Positions 28,377-36,300 of a stretch of 64,000 bases of DNA are shown one piece after another. The stretch lies in contig SHZF01000017.1 in assembly GCA_009692425.1 (NCBI GenBank), positions 5,714 to 69,713 on the forward strand, in the 5' to 3' direction. Position 1 is the first letter of the stretch; every line of letters begins with the position of its first letter. The notes beneath the pieces were generated by a model. That model was given only the letters and a program-made list of their open reading frames with translations. It did no database searches and was not told the origin of the DNA. The stretch is from Myxococcales bacterium (lineage in GTDB: Bacteria > Myxococcota_A > UBA9042). A program made the translations under genes and the position numbers.

Positions 28377-29567
28377 TCAGAAACCCTTCGCCATCACGGC
28401 GGGCATGCCGCGCTCGATCTCGCGCACGCTGTGGGTCATGACAGCCAAGCTGTGCCGGTCATAGGCTTCGACAACCATCGCGATGCCGATCTGCTCGTCG
28501 GGAAAGTCGCGCAGGTCCTTGACCTGGGCCCGCCGCAGCCCGTCGCCGCGCCACATGATCTCGAAGCGGTTGCCGCGCGCCACGTTGTCGTCGGCACCCT
28601 TGTCGATGTAGACGTAGTGCCAGGCGCCCGCCGCCGTTGTCTCGTGGTGGAAATCGACGATCGTGCCGACGAGTTCGACCTTGTTCGGCACCGGCTTCAC
28701 CAGTTGCAGTGGCTCGAACACGTTGGTGACGAGGTCGCCGCGCGAAATTTCGCTGTAGGCACGCGTCAGCAGCACCGTCGCCAGCGGGCGCGCGGTTGCC
28801 AGCACCTTGCCCTCGCCCAAGAAGTTGATCTTGAAGCCGACGACCTTGCCCGTCAGGGGATGCACGACCTCGCGCTCGACCCGGTAGAAGGTGAAGCGGT
28901 CGGCGTCGCGCACGCACGGCCCCGAGAACACTTCGGGTTCGGCCGGGTTCTTGTCGAGCGAGACGATCTCACCGTCCCTGGAGTCGGCCGCGTCGTCGGC
29001 CTTGGCCTTGTCGGTCGCTTCGCGGCAGCGCCGCATCAGGAAACGCACGTACACTTCATCCAACGTGCCGAGCATGTTGCGCTCTTCGCGGCTGGCCTCG
29101 ATCGTGCCCGACTCCCGGTAGTCGCGGCTGGTGATGTACCCCACGCGGCGCGCGAGCTCCGTTGGGGCCGACTTGACGCCTTCGTAGCGCGAGCCGGCAA
29201 ACGTCAGCGCCTTCTGGGCGATACCCTGCGGCGGCTTGCGCGACAGGTAGAGCAGATCGCCGGCGTAGATCAGGTGCGGATTCGTGATCTGCGGGTTGTA
29301 CGACCACAGCGACGGCCAATACCACGGCTCGTCGTAGAGGCCCTCGGCAATGGACCACAGCGTGTCGCCCGGCTCGACGACGTAGGTGCGCTCGCCGGCC
29401 ACGTTCGACTGCTCGACGCGGATGGCCGGCTGCGACACGTCGGGCACGGACACCTGGGCGGCGGCGAGGCCCGGCACAGCAGCCGCAAGCACAGCGGTCG
29501 CAAGCACGGCGCTTGCAAGCACAGCGCTCGCGTGCGCGGCGATGGCGGCGGTGGCGCGCGCGCTCAT
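28377..29567 (-). CDS. LysM-domain secreted protein
   Basis: Signal peptide, then LysM motif YVVEPGDTLWSIAEGLYDEPWYWPSLWSYNPQITNPHLIYAGDLLYL. Large C-terminal domain of unknown function. Confidence 0.7.
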   Translation of the reverse strand: MSARATAAIAAHASAVLASAVLATAVLAAAVPGLAAAQVSVPDVSQPAIRVEQSNVAGERTYVVEPGDTLWSIAEGLYDEPWYWPSLWSYNPQITNPHLIYAGDLLYLSRKPPQGIAQKALTFAGSRYEGVKSAPTELARRVGYITSRDYRESGTIEASREERNMLGTLDEVYVRFLMRRCREATDKAKADDAADSRDGEIVSLDKNPAEPEVFSGPCVRDADRFTFYRVEREVVHPLTGKVVGFKINFLGEGKVLATARPLATVLLTRAYSEISRGDLVTNVFEPLQLVKPVPNKVELVGTIVDFHHETTAAGAWHYVYIDKGADDNVARGNRFEIMWRGDGLRRAQVKDLRDFPDEQIGIAMVVEAYDRHSLAVMTHSVREIERGMPAVMAKGF

Positions 29568-30553
29568 GGCTCGCCCCTCGGTTTCTGCAGTTCACCGGCG
29601 GCCAACTGCCCTGCCGGCGTCGTCGGGAACTGGCGCACCAGCTGCCGCAGCACGTCGTGGGCACCCTTGTCGTCGCCGAGTTGGCTGTACGAGCGCCCGA
29701 GCTTGAGCAGGGCGTCGGGCACCTTGTTCGCGCGCGGGTACTCCTTGCAGACCCGCAAGAAGGCCTGGGCCGCCTTGAGCCACAAGGACTGCGCGTAATA
29801 GCTCTCGCCAATCCAATAGAGCGCGTTGTCGGCGAGCTCGTGGTCGGGGTAGAGGCGCTGCAAGTTCTCGAATTTCGTGCGTGCCGGCTGCAACTGCCCG
29901 CTGTCGAGCAGGGCCTTGGCGTGGGTGTAGAGCGCGGCGGCGGGGTCGAGGTTGGGGCGCAGCGGCACGGCCGACGTGTCCTGCTGTGGCGGCGGGTCGT
30001 CGGCAGGTCCGCTGGGTCCATTGGCGGGTTCGGGGTCGGCGCCGGTACCGGGCACGAGGATGTCGGGGCTGCCATCGCGCCGGGCGCTGCGGACGGGCTC
30101 CGTCGCCGTGCGGCCAGGCTGGGCCCCTTCGATCGGCGGCACGGGCCCGGGCTCGACGCGCACGGTCGGCAGCCGCGGAATCCAACCGTCGTCTCGGCTG
30201 CCATCGGCGCGGCGCCCGCCATCGACGCGGGCACTGTCGACCCGCGCGGTGTCGATCTTCTCTTCGATCATGACGAGGCGGTTGCGAAACTCATCGAACT
30301 GCACGCGAGCGGCGGCCTGGCTGCGCTTGAGGTCATCGAGTTCGTCGCGCAGGGCCCGCGTATCGCTTTGGGCCTGGGCCAACTGAGCACCGCTGCAGGC
30401 CCATGCCGACACGGCGCACGCGATCGCCACAACGAGCGCGGCGCGCTGGCGCCAAGTGGTGCCACGGGCGTGTCGGGTGGCGGGGTCAGAGGCGGGCAGA
30501 AGTTCCGTTCGCACGCAATCTCGCTCGGGCGCTGGGAAGGGCCCCGCGGCCAT
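29564..30553 (-). CDS. YbgF/CpoB-like periplasmic TPR protein (TM anchor, coiled coil, TPR)
   Basis: TM segment AALVVAIACAVSAWA, a coiled-coil, then C-terminal TPR-like repeats (YPDHELADNALYWIGESYYAQ ... YPRANKVPDALLKLGRSYSQLGD) as in Tol-Pal-associated CpoB. The start is uncertain. Confidence 0.55.
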   Translation of the reverse strand: MAAGPFPAPERDCVRTELLPASDPATRHARGTTWRQRAALVVAIACAVSAWACSGAQLAQAQSDTRALRDELDDLKRSQAAARVQFDEFRNRLVMIEEKIDTARVDSARVDGGRRADGSRDDGWIPRLPTVRVEPGPVPPIEGAQPGRTATEPVRSARRDGSPDILVPGTGADPEPANGPSGPADDPPPQQDTSAVPLRPNLDPAAALYTHAKALLDSGQLQPARTKFENLQRLYPDHELADNALYWIGESYYAQSLWLKAAQAFLRVCKEYPRANKVPDALLKLGRSYSQLGDDKGAHDVLRQLVRQFPTTPAGQLAAGELQKPRGEP

Positions 30554-30610
30554 ACCCCCGGGGACAGGGTCAGCCGATACCTTCGCGATCTACCGGGCGG
30601 GCGCGGGAAG

Positions 30611-31045
30611 TCAAGATTTGCCGGACGATCCGCCCGCTGCGGCGCGCAAAACCCGCCACGCAGCGCGGACGATGGCAACCGGTCGAGGGGCGACGGTGGC
30701 CCACGCGAGGCCGGTGCGCCGGGCGATTGCAGCCACCACGCCCATGCCAGGGACCGGGACCCGCCCGCCTCGCCACTCGATCGCGGCCACGCGACCGATG
30801 ATCGCAGACGCGGGCAGTTCCGGGTCGGCGGCCAGGTTCGTATCGCCGCGCGTGCGGATGCGATTGCCGTCGATGGCACGCACGCGGTGGACGAACACGG
30901 CGCCCGTGCGCGTGCCGACGAAAGCAACGACGTCGCCCGGACACAAGGCGGCAACTCCCACGCGCTCCAGGCCGACGCGCAAGGGGGCGGCGAGCGGCCA
31001 CATCGAGCGGCCGGCGACGTCGTACCAGTCCAATGGGTCGCACAC
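30611..31045 (-). CDS. S26/S24-family (signal-peptidase-like) serine peptidase, last gene of the rSAM cassette
   Basis: GRSMWPLAA matches the signal-peptidase Ser box (SM-P). CPGDVVAFVG...VHRVRAIDGNRIRTRGDTNLAADPE resembles the S26/S24 beta-barrel, including the conserved basic residue. Start tentatively GTG (VCDPLDWYDVAGRSMWP) at 31045. The longer 489-aa ORF overlaps the rSAM gene out of frame and is rejected. Confidence 0.5.
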   Translation of the reverse strand: MCDPLDWYDVAGRSMWPLAAPLRVGLERVGVAALCPGDVVAFVGTRTGAVFVHRVRAIDGNRIRTRGDTNLAADPELPASAIIGRVAAIEWRGGRVPVPGMGVVAAIARRTGLAWATVAPRPVAIVRAAWRVLRAAAGGSSGKS

Positions 31046-31131
31046 TTTGCCGGGAGGCGTCACGTTGCCGGGGAGCGTGTCGTTCACTTTGCCGGGGAGC
31101 GTGTCGTTCACTTTGCCGGGGGCTGCACGCG
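31040..31131 (-). repeat. three to four degenerate copies of a 24-bp unit spanning the rSAM stop codon
   Basis: cactttgccggggagcgtgtcgtt occurs perfectly at 31085-31108, with degenerate copies immediately before and after. On the minus strand the rSAM 3' end ...CCGGCAAAGTGA is re-iterated as ACGACACGCTCCCCGGCAAAGTGA. Confidence 0.7.
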
Positions 31132-32286
31132 GGCGCCCTGGCCCTTCTTTGGGCGGTAGATCGGAAAAACGAACCGCTCCGGGCGCGGCAGGCGTGGGCC
31201 GCCGCTGGGCACGCCTTGCCACACCTCCGGACCCAGCGGTTGGCCGGTCGCGGCTTCGTAGGCGGCCATCCGGTAGCGTGTTTGCTCGTGGAACTGCACG
31301 GGAGCCTTGCGAAAGTCGCCTGTCTGCTTGAACGCCTCGCCAGGGCAGTACGCACAATGGCCGCTGCCGCCACACGACGTGCAACTCGTCCGATCGCGGT
31401 TCTTCCACGCCACGATCTGCTGGCGCTCCACCGAGCCGCGCCAGATGGCGGCAAACGACTGTTCGCGCAGGTTGCCCAGCGCCATGGGGAACTGCGCGCA
31501 CGGCCACACCGCGCCATCGGGGGTCACGTAGGCCCGGCTGCGACCGGCACTGCACGCGCCCTGGCCCTGGCGTTCCGACACCGGTGGCCGCGGGGGAGCC
31601 GGCGTCAAGCGCAGGCGTTTCTCCTCGGCGCGCTGGAAGTCGGCCGGCGGCATGGCGAGCACGTCGAGGTCCTCGTTGCCCAGGTGGTTGCGGAAGATGT
31701 CGTTGCCGAACACCACGTTGCAGCCCTGCGCGCTGAAGCAGGCGAAGAGGGCTTCCATCTCGTCGATCGTGTTGCTCTGCACGACGCAACTGACGCGCAC
31801 GGCCACGCCCGCCGCGCGCAGTTCGGCGATGCCCGCGCACGTCGCCGCCAACGATCCGGCGCGCTGGGTAAAGGCGTCGTGCACGGCGGGGCGCAACGAG
31901 TAGACGCTGACATGGACTTGCGCGATGCGCAGCGCGGCGAGGTGGCGGGCGCGCGCGGCGTCGATCAACCCGGCGTGCGATTTCAGGGTCTGCGCGAACC
32001 CGCGCTGGGCCGCATACGCCAGCAGTTCGTCCATGTCGGCGCGTTCGAACAGTTCGCCGCCCGACCAGAGCAGCTTCCACACGCCGAAGTCGGCAAGTTG
32101 GTCGACGAGGGCCCGCAGTTCAGCCCCCGTCATCTCCGGCCAGGTCGTGCGGTTGTCGAGGTAGCAGTGTTTGCACGCCAGTCCACAGCGGTAGGTCGCG
32201 TCGATGTGGACGGTCTGCGGGACGTCGGCGCGCTGCACCGCGGCGTGCAAGGCCTGTGCGATTTCCCTGGAAGCGGCCGTGATCAC
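31108..32286 (-). CDS. radical SAM / SPASM-domain peptide-modifying enzyme
   Basis: CGLACKHC is the canonical CxxxCxxC, with HIDATYR ahead of it. C-terminal SPASM-type Cys cluster: CSAGRSRAYVTPDGAVWPC...CTSCGGSGHCAYCPG. I chose the GTG start at 32286 because it overlaps the HprK-like stop as GTGA (translational coupling). The alternative ATG at 32355 would overlap that gene by 73 nt. Confidence 0.8.
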   Translation of the reverse strand: MITAASREIAQALHAAVQRADVPQTVHIDATYRCGLACKHCYLDNRTTWPEMTGAELRALVDQLADFGVWKLLWSGGELFERADMDELLAYAAQRGFAQTLKSHAGLIDAARARHLAALRIAQVHVSVYSLRPAVHDAFTQRAGSLAATCAGIAELRAAGVAVRVSCVVQSNTIDEMEALFACFSAQGCNVVFGNDIFRNHLGNEDLDVLAMPPADFQRAEEKRLRLTPAPPRPPVSERQGQGACSAGRSRAYVTPDGAVWPCAQFPMALGNLREQSFAAIWRGSVERQQIVAWKNRDRTSCTSCGGSGHCAYCPGEAFKQTGDFRKAPVQFHEQTRYRMAAYEAATGQPLGPEVWQGVPSGGPRLPRPERFVFPIYRPKKGQGARVQPPAK

Positions 32287-33158
32287 GCGGACTCCTGCTG
32301 GGCTGCGTACGCCGCCAGGGTCTCGGCAATGGTCTCTGGCGAATCGTCGAGACAATGCGACAGGAGTCCCACCGGAACGTCCCGACCGAGGGCCGCCGCA
32401 GCGTCGAGCAACCAGGGCGTGGCGGCGCCGCCGGCATAGTAGGCCCGCGCCAGGACGAGTGCGGCCCGCTCACCTGCAGGCGCGGCGACGACCTCGGTGC
32501 GGGTGCGCACGTTGGGCAGCAACACGAACAGGCCCCCGAGCGGCAGCACAAGCGCGTGTTCGCCAGGCAGGCCGCGCCACTCCGCATGGTGCCAGGCGGT
32601 CCAACCTGCCGGCGTCGGCACAAGGTACGCGATCTCGTCGTGGCTCGCCACGCCCGGAAACCGCCTGGCGAGCGTCGTCTTGCCCACTCCGCTGTGCCCC
32701 GCGATGACCCACGCACGCCCGCCCGCCTGCAAGGTCGCCGCGTGCAGGGCGATGCCGCCGCGCACCAGGACTTCTGCGAGGCCCGCCGTGAGCATGCCTT
32801 CGACGGCCGCGTCGTGGACCCCTTCCGGCTGTTCGTGGGGCACGTGCAGGGTCAGCGTTCCTTGGGCCGAGGTCCGGTCCAACTCGACCGACGCCCACGG
32901 GGCGCGCGCGGCATAGCCGTTGGCGTCAAAGCGACTGAACACGACGGATTCTTGGCGGCTGCCAGGCACCGCGCGGTAGCCAAACCGGATCGCAGCGGGC
33001 CCTTGTCGTTCCAGCCAACGTCGCCTGAACACAGGCCCGCAGTGGGCCGGAACCTCGAATTGCAGCGTCACGGGTCCAAACCGGACATCCGGACGCCGAA
33101 CCGGCAGGCCGCGCGCGTGAAGGTCTTCGAGCAGCGAACCCGCTCGGCTGCCGGGCAT
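32283..33158 (-). CDS. HPr-kinase C-terminal-domain-like P-loop protein (HprK-related)
   Basis: HAATLQAGGRAWVIAGHSGVGKTTLA is a P-loop in the HprK/P C-domain context. 291 aa. The start lies 3 nt after the precursor ORF stop. Confidence 0.7.
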   Translation of the reverse strand: MPGSRAGSLLEDLHARGLPVRRPDVRFGPVTLQFEVPAHCGPVFRRRWLERQGPAAIRFGYRAVPGSRQESVVFSRFDANGYAARAPWASVELDRTSAQGTLTLHVPHEQPEGVHDAAVEGMLTAGLAEVLVRGGIALHAATLQAGGRAWVIAGHSGVGKTTLARRFPGVASHDEIAYLVPTPAGWTAWHHAEWRGLPGEHALVLPLGGLFVLLPNVRTRTEVVAAPAGERAALVLARAYYAGGAATPWLLDAAAALGRDVPVGLLSHCLDDSPETIAETLAAYAAQQESA

Positions 33159-33160
33159 CG

Positions 33161-33334
33161 TCAGTCCGTCGTGGAGTTAAGGGTGTCGCAGCCAGGGATG
33201 TTGGTACCCAGCAATTCGAGCAGTTCGGCGTCGACCGTCTGGATCGCTGGCGCCGCGTAGGGAGCCTTGGCGGGCACACCTGTGCTGCCGTCGCTCTCGC
33301 CCTGCGGCGTGTTCGGAGAGTCGTTCATCTGCAT
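33161..33334 (-). CDS. candidate RiPP precursor peptide (57 aa)
   Basis: MQMNDSPNTPQGESDGSTGVPAKAPYAAPAIQTVDAELLELLGTNIPGCDTLNSTTD. AGGAG RBS (reverse complement of 33340-33344) 6 nt upstream. Stop TGA at 33161-33163 lies 3 nt before the HprK-like start. Leader-like amphipathic ELLELL segment; single Cys in a C-terminal GCDTLNSTTD tail. Confidence 0.5.
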   Translation of the reverse strand: MQMNDSPNTPQGESDGSTGVPAKAPYAAPAIQTVDAELLELLGTNIPGCDTLNSTTD

Positions 33335-33393
33335 GGCCCTGCTCCTGGTGGCGCGCCTCAGCGCCGCGCCAAAGGGGAAAAACGCCCCCGTCG

Positions 33394-36300
33394 TCAGTAC
33401 ATGATCACGAGCGACCCGTCCGTGGATCCGATGGCCGCGTCCGCGACGCCGTCGCCCGTGAAGTCGTCGAGCGGCGCGATGCCCACACCGCCCCATGAGT
33501 TCGAACCGATGCCCCACTTCGGGTCGCCGGGCTTGAACGGGTTGCCGAATTCGATGTCGGCCACGGCGTAGCTCGCGGCAGTTCCCGTCGCCGAAGCTCC
33601 GGCCGCGCCGGGCCGCACCAAACCGTGCCGAATGGTCACGATGGACGATGCGCCTGGCATGAAAAACGCCGGCCGGCCGTGGATCAGGTCGACACTGCCG
33701 CCGCCAGCCGCGCCGACCTTGCCGAAGCGCTGCAGCCCGGCCACGAATGCGTCGGCCACAAACCCGTGGGGAACCTGGTAGAGCCCCGTTTCGCCGGGCA
33801 CCGGCGTAGTTAGCAGGAACGCCACGCCGCCGAGCGATTTGTTCAGCGCACTCCCGCGCAGCCAGTAGATGCCGCCCGTCTTGCCGAACGAAGAGCCGCC
33901 CTGCTGCTGGATCACGAGATCGACCAGGCCGTCGCCATCGAACTCGACGGCATCCATCTGGAAGCCGATCACGTTCGCGCCGAACTGCGTCGCCGACGTC
34001 CCCGCGCTCACGTGGACGGCACTCGCGCTCGCTGGCAGCGTGGTGTCGTACTGGGCAAACTCGAGCACCTGATCCCCCGCCGCCGGCCGCCCCTTGACGA
34101 GGCGCACGCACTCCGCCGACGTCGACTGTTGGATGCCCACGTCTTCATACTGGGTGCCCTTGCCGTCGCCATCGAGCAGCAGGTTGCCGAGGCCCCAGAT
34201 CGCCGCCCCGAAGACTGGCGCACTGACCGGATTCTTGATGTTCAGCGTGATGACATTGTTGTCCTTGCGCTGCGTGGCGTTGTCGATGTCGATCGTCAGC
34301 GTCTTGCCGTCCGCGAGCGTCGCGTTGCCGGGCACGATCAGGACACGGGTGTAGGTGACCGTCGCCGTCGGAAAGGTGGTGACGCCGAACGAGTCGATCG
34401 GCAGGCCGGCCGCCGACTTGGCTCCGGTGAAGTTGCCGGTCACGTTCATGCGCAGGACGCCGAACGGCAACGGGTTCACGATGCCCGTCACGATCAGCGC
34501 CGGCGTCTTGCCCAGCGTGCCGGCCTTCTTGCCCAGGTACACGTGCACGCTGCGCAGCTTGCCCACGCCGATGCCGTTGCCGACCACGAGATCGCCGATG
34601 CCGTCGCCGTTCATGTCGGCTGCGCGCCCCGTCGTGGCACCCAGGCCGCCGTCCTTGTTGTCGAAGCAGGTGTAGCCAGTGCCGTCGAGGCTGTCGATCG
34701 TCAGCGCCGCCAACAGGCCGTCGGCGCCCGCCTTGCGGCCGTAGACGACACACAGGGGAGCTTTTTCGCCGCCGCCCGCCACGAAGTCCGCCAGGCCGTC
34801 GCCGTTGAGATCGCCGACTGGGAAAGCCCGCGAACGGAACTCGGGCACGTCGAACAGGCCCTTGGTCACCACCTGCAGGTAGCGCAGCCGCAAGTCCTTC
34901 GTCGTGATGACGTTGGAAACCGGCGAGCGGTTGCCCGCGGCGTCGACCGCCTGGATCGCGAATGCGTACTGGGTGATGCCGTCGTCGACCATCGGATTGA
35001 ACTTGCAGACGTCCGAGCCCACGCGCGGGTCGGGACCGTCTACCTGAATCGTTTCGTTGCCGCCAGCGTCCGTCGGGGTCGAAATCTTCGCAAACGGCAG
35101 GGCCTTGGCATCGCACGCCGCCTTGAACTCGGTCTCGTTGGCGAGCGCCGTCTTCTTGACGTAGCGCACGTCGTAGCTCGCCGCCTTGCCCGTCAGCCCG
35201 TCGTCGCCAACCGCCGTGAAGCGCAGCGCGATGCCGGGCAGCCGCGGCTTGAGGTCGCTCGCCTGCAAGGGCAGGAGCACGGGCGCGGCCGGCGGCGTCC
35301 AGTCCGCCTTGATCGCAATGGAGGCCTCGGCCGTATTGCCCAGCGCATCTTGCACGGTGGCGCGCACGATGTTGGTCGCGTTCTCCTGCAAGGTCGCGTG
35401 CTGCACCTCGACGGTGGCCGTACCGGCGGTGTCGAACGTCTTCGGCAACGTGACGGACTTCTGTGCCAGGTCGGCAGCCGCGCCACCCGCGACCGTGCGC
35501 TGCAGCGCAGTCACCTTGCCACCCTTGAGGCCGCTGTCGGTGACCTGCAAGAGCAAGTGGAGTTGGTGGCCGGGCGTGGCGGGGTCGGTGTCGGACGGTT
35601 TGCCGACCGTGCCGCTGACGCCCCCTGGGGTCGCGACGCTCTGCACGGTGCCTGCAACCCACTGTGCCACGGGATTCGTCAAGTCGGCGAGCACACCGAT
35701 CGCCCCCGTGCTGCCCTTTGCGGTGCCGACGGTCACGCCCTCGAGCGAGAACTTGGCGCCATCGGCCACCGTCACATCGAAGGTGGCGACGGACGCGGTC
35801 GGCGCCTTGCTCGCGACCTCCTTGCCATCCTTCAACAGCTGGACCGCCGTGACCGTGCCGCACGGGCCGAAGAACTCCACCATGACCTTGGCAGCCACGC
35901 TCGCGCAGTTCTTGCCCTTGTCGGCGCAGGACTGTGTCGTGAAGGCGCCGCCTTGCGGAAGCCCCTTCATCGACAGGAGGCAGCCCGACAGCTTGACGGC
36001 GAAACCCTGCTCGACCTTGGCCGTGTTGCCCGAGGAGTCCTTCGCCGTCAGCCGCGCCGAATAGTTCGGGGTGGCGCCGAACGGCACGGTCAGCAAGATC
36101 GTCGGCTCCTGCTTGCCGGGTGCGGTGACCGTGCCGCTGCCCACGGGCGCGTAGCCGGCACACTTGGCGAACGTCGCATCGCAGTCCGCGCCCAATTCGA
36201 GCGTCCATGATACAGCGTCGGTCGTGGTGAACTGCACCGTGACCTGGTAACCGCCCACGGCGGGCGCCGCGTCGGCAGCGTCAGCAAACGTCGCACCCTG

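Noticed and set aside
30611-32080. 489-aa minus-strand ORF spanning the rSAM gene out of frame
   Set aside because: The N-terminal 340 aa are R/P-rich and overlap the SPASM-bearing frame. Only the C-terminal S26-like segment downstream of the rSAM stop looks genuine, so I called a shorter peptidase gene.
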